From an uncultured Acidobacteriota bacterium (GTDB lineage: Bacteria > Acidobacteriota > UBA6911), in NCBI GenBank assembly GCA_963843575.1, contig CAWJKZ010000016.1, positions 58,428 through 122,427 on the forward strand: a stretch of DNA of 64,000 nucleotides, in the 5' to 3' direction. Shown here piece after piece: positions 41,719 through 51,025 of this stretch (position 1 is its first letter; each line of letters begins with the position of its first letter). Made by a program: the position numbers and the translations under genes. The notes under the pieces are model-generated. The model worked only from the letters and a program-made list of their open reading frames with translations, was not told where the DNA came from and searched no databases.

Positions 41719-44700
41719 ATGGCTGATTCGCACCGCGAGCCGGAATTGCAGAGGAAGCGTTCTCGTAAGGTGGATGTGCGCTCCAGGCAGCAGTCCTCGC
41801 TAGACAAATCGACCGAACTCGGCAGCAGTGCACCGTCTCAGGATTGGCTCATCGGCGGGGGGGAAATGGGCGACTTGGTGCGCTCCATGGACTGGTCTGC
41901 CACTCCGTTGGGCCCCCGGCACAGCTGGCCACAAAGCCTGCGTACAACCGCAAATACGGTCCTCGCAACTCCATTTCCCATGTGCCTGCTCTGGGGCGAA
42001 GACCTGACCATGATTTACAACGAGGGATATCGAATCATCGCAGCTGATAAACATCCTCGGGCACTGGGCGGATACAGCCGGGACATATGGTCGGAGGTGT
42101 GGGAATTCAACAAGCCGATTTTCGAAAAAGTCATGACGCGCGGAGAAAGCGTCAATTTGGAAGATCAGGTCTATCCGATAACGCGCAAAGGATTTCTCGA
42201 GCAGGCATCTTTCACAATCTGCTACAGCCCGGTTTACGATGAATCCGGCGCTGTAGGCGGCACTCTGGTTACGCTCATTGAGTCCACGCAGCGAGTCACG
42301 GCCCGTAAGGCTGCCGAGGAAACGTTGCGGCAGCGGGCCGAGGAGGTCGAGCGCCTACTAGAGGCGGTGCCGGCGGCCGTCTGGGTCGCCCATGACCCGC
42401 AGTGCCTCACCATCACCGGCAACCGGCGCGCCAACGAGTTCTACGAAGCCCAGGCCGGCGAGAATGTCTCAGCCACCACGCTGCCCGAAGTTCGGCGCTT
42501 CTTCACACCCGACGGACAAGAACTGCGGGGTGAGGAACTGCCGATGCAGAAGGCCATCGCTACAAACCAGGATGTACGGGATGTCGAGCTGCACGTGCAA
42601 CTGCCCTCGGGAAAACGGATTGCCATGCTGGGCAGCGCCGTTCCCCTGCGCGACCATGCTGGCAGCGCCCGTGGGTGCATCGGCACATTCCTGGACATCA
42701 CCGAGCGCAAGCGGACCGAGGAGGCTCTTCGCCAGTCTGAGGCTCGCTATCGCGTGCTCCACGAGTCCATGCGCGACGCTTTCGTCCAGGTCACGATGGA
42801 AGGGCAGATCGTCGACTTTAACGACCTCTATTACCAGATGCTCGGCTATACCCCAGACGAGGTCCGGGAGCTCACCTATCATGCGATAACGCCGGAACGG
42901 TGGCACGAGTTTGAGGAACGCATTGTCAGGGAACAGATCATCGCGCGCGGTTTCTCCGACGTGTACGAGAAGGAGTATCGTCGAAAGGACGGTACGGTCT
43001 TCCCCGTGGAATTGCGGACAATTCTGTTGCGAGATGAAGCTGGCCGACCGGTCGGGATGTGGGGCATCGTCCGCGATATCACCGCCCGCAAGGCGGCCGA
43101 GGCGGCGCTGCGCGAGAGCGAGGAGCGGTTCCGCGTCGCGCAGGAACTTTCGCCGGATGGTTTCCTGATTTTCCGCCCCCTGCGCGACAGTACGGGTCTT
43201 GTCACCGATTTCCTATGGATGTATGAGAACGATGCTGCCGCTCGAATGAACGATACCAATCCAAAGGAAGTTTGTGGGAAGAGGGTGTCAGAAGTTTTGG
43301 CGCATCATGACAAATCGCCTTTCCACAAAGCATACAAAGAAGTGGCCGAAACAGGTGAGGTTCGTGTTGTAGAGGAGGCCTTCTACGATCAGGATACTTT
43401 TCAGCAGCGACGGTGGTTCCGGGTCGCGGCCGTTCCTGCCACTGGTGGTGACGTGGCAATCCTCGTGCAGGACGTGACGGAACGCAAATCGACCGCGGAG
43501 GCGCGGCGCGAGAGCGAGGAACGGTTCAGATCGGTGGCGGAGAACATGTCGGAAGGCCTGATGCTGTTCGACCCGCGGTCCAATCTGATTTACCAGAACG
43601 CCGCGTCCTTGCACATCCACGGCTATGCGCCCCAGGAGGACGGACGGATCAGCCACAAGAACCTGCCGGCGACATGGCAGGCTTGGGACGACCAAGGCCA
43701 TCCCATCGGCTTCGACCAGTGGCCGGTGTCCCGCGTCTTCCGGGGCGAGCGATTCCAAGACCAAGTGTTGCACGTCCTCCGACCAGAGACAGGACTGGAG
43801 TTCGATGCCAGCTATAACGGCAGTCCGATCTACAACGCCGAAGGCAAGCTGGTGTTCGGTTTCATTACCATTCGTGAGATTACTCAGCAGCGCAAAGCCG
43901 AGGCGGCGCTGCGCGAGAGTCATGCGCGGCTGAAGAAGGTGCTGGAAGTCGAAGCGGTCGGCGTGATGTTCTGGGATCTGGCGACCGGCTGCATGACGGA
44001 CGCCAATGACACATTCCTTCAGATGATGGGCTACAGCCGCCGCGAAGTGGAGGCACGCGAACTCACATGGCAAAAGCTCACCCCACCGGAATACCTAGAG
44101 GTGAGCCTGGCGGAGATCAGGAAGTTCCAGGTGACCGGACGGGTCGGTCCTTACGAAAAGGAGTATTTCCGCAAGGACGGCACGCGGCAGTGGCTCCTCA
44201 TCGCCGGCAGCTCGCTCGGCGACAACCAGTGCGTCGAGTTCTGCGTGGACATCACCGAGCGCAAGCGGGCAGAGGAGGCGTTGCGGGAGAGCGAGGAACG
44301 GCTGGCCGCGGTGACGGAGAACCTTAGAGAGGGCCTGATTATTGCCGATGGCGAGGGACGCGTCTTTTACTGGAACCCGGCGGCCCTGGGCATGTTCGGC
44401 TACGCGAGCATGGAGGAGTGCCGGCGCAAGCTCGCCGAGTTTGCCGACACGTTTGAAGTCCGGCCCCTCGATGACGATCGCCCGCTGCCGGTCGCGGACT
44501 GGCCGATGAGCCGCGTGCTGCGCGGCGAAGTGCTGCGCGATTGGGAAATACGGGTACGCCGGTTCGACCAGCGATGGGAGAAGATCCTCGCGTATTCCGG
44601 CTGGCTCATCCGCAGCGCCAGCGGCGAGACGCTCGCGTTCGTTTCCGTCATTGACGTCACCGAGCGCAAGCAGGCCGAGGCGAAACTGCAGCGAGACCAC

Positions 44701-46198
44701 CCGGCGCTTTCAAACTATTGTTGACCACGCGCCGGTAGCGATCTATGTCAAGAACCGCGACGGGCGGTTCGTGTTCGGCAATCGCAAGCTGGAGCAATAC
44801 ACAGGTCAACCTCTCGAACGCCTCCTCGGAACGACCGACTACGATTTCGCCTCGAGGGAAGACGCCGATCGCTGGCGCGAGAACGATCGGATGATACTGG
44901 AAGGCCAGCGGACGGAGTTCGAAGAAACCGGAACTGATCGCGACGGTCGCCCTTACGTCAACATCTCCGTGAAATTCCCTCTGTCAGACGAGTCGGGAAC
45001 CCCAGCGGAGATCTGTGGAATCTCCATGGATATTACCGACCGCAAACAGGCCGAGGATTCGCTGCGGAATGCCAACGAACAATTGCGTGAAGCAGATCAT
45101 CGGAAGGACGAGTTCCTCGCGATGATGGCGCACGAATTGCGCAACCCGCTTGCGGCAATCGCCAGCGCGATCGAGTTGCTCAAGATGCGCGGCTCCCCAG
45201 ACCCGATGATGCAGCGTGCGCGGGACGCGGCGGTGCGGCAGACCGCTCACATGGCGCGTCTGCTGGACGATCTCCTGGACGTCGCGCGTGTCAGGCAGGG
45301 AAAGGTAAAGCTGAACAGAGCAGATGTTTCCCTACTCTCTGTGCTGGAGAGCGCCATCGAGACCAGCAATCCGGCGATGAATGCGCGGAAACACAGGCTA
45401 TATGTTTCCCACCCCCGCGAACCGATGCGGGTGAACGGCGATCCGGTGCGTCTCTCGCAGGCGATCGGCAATCTGCTGGACAATGCGGCGAAATACACCG
45501 CTACCGAAGGTGAAATCTATTTGAGCGCGGACCGTGAAGGCCAGGAGGCTGTCATCCGGGTTCGTGACAACGGCAAGGGAATCGAGCCGGAATTACTTCC
45601 GCACATATTTGAGCTGTTCGTGCAGGGGAGCCGCTCTCCCGACCGTGCCGAAGGTGGCCTCGGCATCGGGTTGACCCTGGTGCAGTCCATTGTAGAACTG
45701 CACGGCGGCCGGGTCGAAGCGCGTAGCGCTGGTCACGGCCACGGAAGTGAATTTTGTATCCGCCTGCCGCTTCTGAAAGTCGAAGGGAGTGTTCCGGCCA
45801 AGGCTGTCGGAGAAGAAAAGGCAAGGCCGCTTCGGATCCTGGTGGTAGACGATAACCATGACTCGGCGGAATTGCTTTCCGTTCTGCTGGAAATCGAGGG
45901 CCACAACGTGGTGGTCGCCAACTCCGGTCCGGCAGCGATCGACATTGCCTTGAACCAAGTGCCGGAAGTAGCTCTGATCGATATTGGGATGCCAGGAATG
46001 GACGGATACGCAGTAGCGAGACGGCTGCGGCAGTCACCGGAACTGAAGCATCTGGCATTGGTGGCGATCACGGGCTATGGTCAGCAGGAGGACATTGAGA
46101 GGTCTCGCGATGCTGGATTCGACGATCACCTGGTGAAGCCGGTCGATATAGAAACACTCAACCGACTACTACTGAAGATCGGCCAAAATATGCGCTGA
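41719..46198 (+). CDS. Multi-PAS hybrid histidine kinase (8 PAS/PAC + HisKA + HATPase + receiver), copy 2, frameshifted at ~44700
   Basis: ORFs 41719-44724 and 44651-46198 join into one kinase; N-terminus and kinase/receiver closely similar to copy 1. Confidence 0.9.
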
Positions 46199-47207
46199 TG
46201 CGGCGCCTAGCTCGGGTCATTGATGGACCGTCTCGCCCCCTTAAATCCCATGAGTCGCAAAATGGGAACTTACTCCGCCCGTTCGCGCCAGCTGAGCGAC
46301 TGTCGGAGTCCCTTCATCTGGACGAATAGTCGAAAATAACCGGCCAATGCTAGGTGGTCTGCAGTGCTTTCGTATGACTTTTCAGATGTAAATCGCTTTT
46401 CCCATATTCTTCTCTCTTTTTATTTTTCGATGCGAAGGTTGCGCATGCAAGCGATTCTAGTGATGCCCCTCACTGGCGTCGCTCATGTGCTTTAGGTCGT
46501 GATATAGTCACAGAAGCAAGCAACTCCACACACCTGAAAATGGGCAGAGATTGGCCGGTTATGTCGGCTATTCGGAAAAGCACCCCGCGCCGGAGCGGAA
46601 CGGAGTGCCACGATCCGCCATTGGAGACAGATTGGGAACACACCTCCGTCCCTGTTATGGACCCGGTTTTAGGAGATTTCAGCGCGGAGAACGATAGTTC
46701 CAGGGCCAACCGGCAGGCATGTTCCGCGCGGAAGCCAGATAGAGCCAAGTAATGCATCCATAGTAGGTTGCAGCAGGCCGACGATGACTATCAGAGAGTA
46801 AATCCCCGGAAACGGCGATATGGGAAAGAACTCAAGACCGGCCGAGTCTGGCGCCGTCAGTCCCGAAGCAGCTCTTCCGAATGCGGCGGCAGATCCGCGA
46901 CCTCTTCCTCACACACGACGTTTTCCGGGTTCACCATCACGACCTTCTCTCTCCCGGCCAGCCGCTGTCACCGAACACTCAAAAGCGGCCACGAAGGAAC
47001 ACTTGAAAACCGGCCACTCGGATAGCGGGCAGTCAGTATCGAATAGGACTCCTCACCGATTCAAGAAATTCTCTATATATGCCAGCAGGGCCTGTGGGAA
47101 ATGTGGGAAAGCCGAAGGCTTTTCCAAGTCTCTGTGGTAATCCGCGCTTTCCAGCGGATTTCCATAGAGACGGCATTTTCCATAGGCCAAGCGGAGCTGT
47201 TGATTGT

Positions 47208-47960
47208 TCAAGCGTTCTCCTGTGCAGCGCGCTGGGTGCGCTGGTGAAGGCGGAAGCTCTTACCCTGCATCTGGACGACCTCGGCGTGAGCCAGGAATCG
47301 GTCGAGAATGGCTGTTGCTGCCGGGATGTCGCCGAGGAATTGCCCCCAATCCTGAGTCGGTCGGTTGGTCGTGATCAGAGTAGAAGCCGTTTCATGACGG
47401 CGCACGAAGATCTCGAGAAGGTCTTCCGCAGCGCTTGGACCGAGCTTCTTCATGCCGAAGTCCTCGAGGACAAGAAGGTCGACATGGGTGAGCTGATCGA
47501 CGAGGCTTCGCCGTTCGCCGGTGGCTTCAGCTTCAGCAAAGTCCTGAGCCAGGTCGAAGACACTCCGAACGATGACCCGGTATCCGGCCCGGATGGCGCC
47601 GACTGCAATGGCGATAGCGGCGTGGGTTTTACCGATGCCGGGTGGCCCGATCAGCAAGACGCCCTCATGCGAGGCCATGAAACGAGCGGTGGCAAGTTCA
47701 ACGAACTTCGGGCGAGGTATCTTGGGATTGAAAGAAAAATCGAAGTCCGAGAATTCCTTGACCTGGACAATACCCGCCTGTTTGAGGCGGCGTGCGAAGA
47801 GTCGGTCGGCACGGCGGGCAAGCTCGTCCGAAACGAGGAGCTCGAGAAACTCGGCAGGATCCAGGGGTGCGCTGCGTGCCTGTTGGAGGCGCCCGGGCAA
47901 AGCCTCCGCAATGCCCGAAAGGCGAAGGTGCCGGAGTTGGGACGGCAGTTGAGGGTTCAT
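47208..47960 (-). CDS. istB: IS21 helper ATPase
   Basis: FDFSFNP, GPPGIGKTH, LLVLEDFG, TTNRP..DW, AILDRFL. Confidence 0.93.
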   Translation of the reverse strand: MNPQLPSQLRHLRLSGIAEALPGRLQQARSAPLDPAEFLELLVSDELARRADRLFARRLKQAGIVQVKEFSDFDFSFNPKIPRPKFVELATARFMASHEGVLLIGPPGIGKTHAAIAIAVGAIRAGYRVIVRSVFDLAQDFAEAEATGERRSLVDQLTHVDLLVLEDFGMKKLGPSAAEDLLEIFVRRHETASTLITTNRPTQDWGQFLGDIPAATAILDRFLAHAEVVQMQGKSFRLHQRTQRAAQENA

Positions 47961-49531
47961 AGTAGATTCTCCAGACGGTAATCGGTTAAGGGACGGATGC
48001 TTGGGTGTTCGGAAATGAGAGGCTGTGCTGTGGATTTTGCGGCATGCTGCTCTGTCAGCCGCTGCAAGTCTTTATAGCGGAACAGTCGGTGAACGGTCGC
48101 GGTCCGGACTGCAGCCAGCACACGCTCGCGGGGATGCAGGCGCGTCAAACCGAGAACGCCCTGAATCAGACGCAGAGCCCGCACACCGCGTTCCTCAAGG
48201 GCGGCTTCCGCCCATTCACGAAACGATGATCCTACGCGCTCACATCGCGCGAGCAGGTTGGTGGCGAAGATCCTCTGCGAGGATGTCTCCCCTGTAGGTT
48301 CACCCGGGCGCGGAGCGAACTGTCCCGGGCGCAGGCGGGTATAGACGGCGACCTGGAGGTCGTTATGGTACAGGCGCACAAGGTTGCGATCCCAGCGCAC
48401 CCGGATCTTTTGCCCCAGGAGATGCAACGGCGCCGGGTAGAACGCGCCGTCGACCTCGACATGCCCGTCGGGGTGGATGGTACGCTCGCCGGAGCGGAAG
48501 AAAGCAAACGGCTCCGAGGCGAGTGGTTGTAGCGCCGGTTTCTCGATCTCGAGGAAGTGAGCGATAACCTGACGGCGGGTAGTGCCGTGAATCCGCAACC
48601 GAGCCACGGTTCGGTTCCAACGCCGGAGGTGCTCGTTCTGCTCGGCGAGACTCTCGAAACGGCGACCTTTAAGGGCATTGTCTTTGACATAGCCGCCGCT
48701 TCGCTCCTGCTTGCCGTTCTCCTGGGGATTGCGGGGGCGGGTGGGCAAGGGCGTGAAGCCCCAGTGCCGTGCGAAGGCCGCGTAGATCTCATTGACATCG
48801 GGATCGTAGAGACATGCCCGCACGACCGCCGCCTTCAGGTTGTCATGCCGAATGATGCGGGGAACTCCGCCCAGATTGGCGAAAGCATTTTCGTGCAGGC
48901 GGAGGAAAGTCTCGAGCGCCTGGTCCCAAACGGCTTCCTCATAGCCATGCCGGGAGTGGCTCAGGGTCATGCGGAAAACCCAAGGTCGTTTCCATTGGCC
49001 GCTTCCCTCATCCAGCGTGGGGGCTCCCTGGAAGAAATCAACCTGGCCTTCTTCTCCCGGGGCACTGTGGAACACTCCAACAGGACGACGGCCGCGGGGC
49101 AGCTTCCGGACGAACCGTTTGACGGCTTCGTAGCTGTATCCGAATCCGTACTCCTCAACCAGATCCTGCCAGATACGCTGAACCGACAGACCGGAGTCCA
49201 ACTTGGAGACAATCACATCACGGAAGAGAGCCGCTGACGACCGCGGCGGCAGATTGGAGCCGGGGAACGCTTTGGCCGGTTTTGAATCCGAGCCGGCGGT
49301 CACTTTGGCCGCTTTTGCCGGGTCGGATCCCTCAAACGCGCCGTTTGGACCATCGATTGGTGCCTCGGAGCCGGGGAACACTTTGGCCGGTTTTGCTTGC
49401 CGGATGCGATCGTATCGGGAAATGGTTTCGCGCCGGACTCCGGTTTCAGCTTCTATACGCCGGTAGGTCCAACCGAGTTCAAGAAGAGCAGTAACTTGCT
49501 GTAGCTTTGGCGTTTTCAAGTAGTTCGGCAC
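47957..49531 (-). CDS. istA: IS21 DDE transposase
   Basis: HTH N-terminus, PGEEGQVDF, HDNLKAAV, PQENGKQER, HGTT; ATGA-type overlap with istB. Confidence 0.93.
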   Translation of the reverse strand: MPNYLKTPKLQQVTALLELGWTYRRIEAETGVRRETISRYDRIRQAKPAKVFPGSEAPIDGPNGAFEGSDPAKAAKVTAGSDSKPAKAFPGSNLPPRSSAALFRDVIVSKLDSGLSVQRIWQDLVEEYGFGYSYEAVKRFVRKLPRGRRPVGVFHSAPGEEGQVDFFQGAPTLDEGSGQWKRPWVFRMTLSHSRHGYEEAVWDQALETFLRLHENAFANLGGVPRIIRHDNLKAAVVRACLYDPDVNEIYAAFARHWGFTPLPTRPRNPQENGKQERSGGYVKDNALKGRRFESLAEQNEHLRRWNRTVARLRIHGTTRRQVIAHFLEIEKPALQPLASEPFAFFRSGERTIHPDGHVEVDGAFYPAPLHLLGQKIRVRWDRNLVRLYHNDLQVAVYTRLRPGQFAPRPGEPTGETSSQRIFATNLLARCERVGSSFREWAEAALEERGVRALRLIQGVLGLTRLHPRERVLAAVRTATVHRLFRYKDLQRLTEQHAAKSTAQPLISEHPSIRPLTDYRLENLL

Positions 49532-49819
49532 CTGTATCCTCCGTCGCTGAGACGACAGAGGATATCGGAAAGCCGCTACCTGTAGTGGCCGCTTTTCAAA
49601 CGTTCGGTCGTGGCCGCTTTTGGGTGTTCGCTAACACTCCCGGAAGGCGTTCGGGGAAATCGACGAACACGGCAGGTTTGGCGACTGCCGCATCGTGCAA
49701 GTCCGACGATGACGTCCCCAGGGCCCCGATCTCAGTTTCCCCGATCGCCGTTTTGTGGGAGCGTGCCTGTTTTCAGCCAGCGATTCGCTCGGACCCAGAC
49801 ATGCCAGACCGAGTGCTTT

Positions 49820-50030
49820 CGGCGACGGACCGGCGAGCTAGGAATACGAATAGCTCTCGGTGGGCGCGTAATGTACCAGATCGCCGTTTCGGGCCAACTG
49901 ACCTGTTTGCGAGCCATGTCCCGATAAGCTGCGGATTCAGTTATCAACGGTGCCAGCCGACTATAATAGCCGCAACTTATGTTCGGCAAGACGCTTGGCC
50001 ACTATCGGATCCTCGAGAAGATCGGCTCAG
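49820..50030 (+). pseudogene. Short relics of an ABC permease (RRTGELGIRIALG) and a Ser/Thr kinase N-terminus (MFGKTLGHYRILEKIG)
   Basis: Recognisable motifs at ~49820-49865 and 49979-50027 with no continuation. Confidence 0.55.
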
Positions 50031-50156
50031 CGGATCGACACCGACACTGTACGACAGTCAACCATTCACCGCCGCAGTCTGACGCGGACACGTTGCACCC
50101 AGCGGAGAGAGGACGAGAGTTGGGCATTTATTCACATTGTCCAGGAGGCGCGCCCC

Positions 50157-50687
50157 ATGATTCGGATCGAACATAGCACTATCATCCAGGCACCCGTCGA
50201 ACAAGTGTTCAGCTATGCGGCTGATTACCGGAAATGGCCAGAGTGGTATGAGGGCGTTTCTGACATCACGCCCACAACAGCAGTTACCGAAGGGAACAAT
50301 GCCCGATACGCTTACAGGGTTTGTGTCATGGCCATTTCTGCGGGTGTCGAGACTGAAATCCATGATTTTGTGCAGAACCGAGGTTGGACCGGGGTTTCCA
50401 CCAAGGGTATACCCCATAGAACTACGTGGATCTTTGAGCCAATCGGTCCAGCCACGAGATTTACTCATGCTGTCGAAGGTCACGTGCCAGTTCCATTGCT
50501 CGGTTCTCTGTGTGACTACATGTTTCTGAGACCGCAGTGGGACAAAATCGTTAAGAACTCACTGAACAACCTAAAGCAGCATTTTCTCACCCAGAACAGT
50601 GGTTCTGCTCAACAACGTCCGAGCTCCAACCCAACGAAGAGCACAGTCGCTGCGCATGACACATCGAAGTCCCGGTCGAGGAAGTAA
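50157..50687 (+). CDS. SRPBCC (polyketide cyclase/dehydrase) family protein
   Basis: AGGAGG RBS; IEHSTIIQAPVEQVFSY.AD...WPEW...TWIFEP...LNNLK. Confidence 0.85.
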   Translation: MIRIEHSTIIQAPVEQVFSYAADYRKWPEWYEGVSDITPTTAVTEGNNARYAYRVCVMAISAGVETEIHDFVQNRGWTGVSTKGIPHRTTWIFEPIGPATRFTHAVEGHVPVPLLGSLCDYMFLRPQWDKIVKNSLNNLKQHFLTQNSGSAQQRPSSNPTKSTVAAHDTSKSRSRK

Positions 50688-50827
50688 TCCCGCACCCGAC
50701 AGACGATCTCTGACTCGGTGCGGCCATGTCTTCGAAGCGCATATCTTGGGAGCGTGCCAGTTTCCGTTGCCCGACCCACTCGCGCAAGTACTCCCGCCCA
50801 CGGGGGGCTGGAGTGCGAGGGTTGAGA

Positions 50828-50860
50828 GGCTGAGCTCAACTGATGCGGCGAGTTGCCAAC
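50828..50860 (-). repeat. 33-bp inverted repeat, right copy
   Basis: GGCTGAGCTCAACTGATGCGGCGAGTTGCCAAC; partner of 34953-34985. Confidence 0.85.
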
Positions 50861-51025
50861 AACCGACCGCGGCATCCTTCGAAGACGACGAAGTCCTGGA
50901 TTTGCCGCTGCATTCGGTACGGAGCGGTCGAGGCTGAGAGGGTCGGGCGAAATTGAGGATAGAGCATGGCCCTGCCGCTCTCCCAATCCAGACTGCGGCA
51001 CTTGGGGGTACCCTTGTCTCACCGG

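Larger units (their letters stand above)
46966..49636 (-). mobile_element. IS21-family insertion sequence (2671 bp)
   Basis: Ends TGTCACCGAACACTCAAAAGCGGCCACG... and ...CGTGGCCGCTTTTGGGTGTTCGCTAACA (TG...CA, with repeated binding motifs) enclose istA-istB. Confidence 0.93.

Noticed and set aside
46200-46965. Coding potential left of IS21
   Set aside because: Only short ORFs without recognisable motifs; possibly a remnant, but not supportable.
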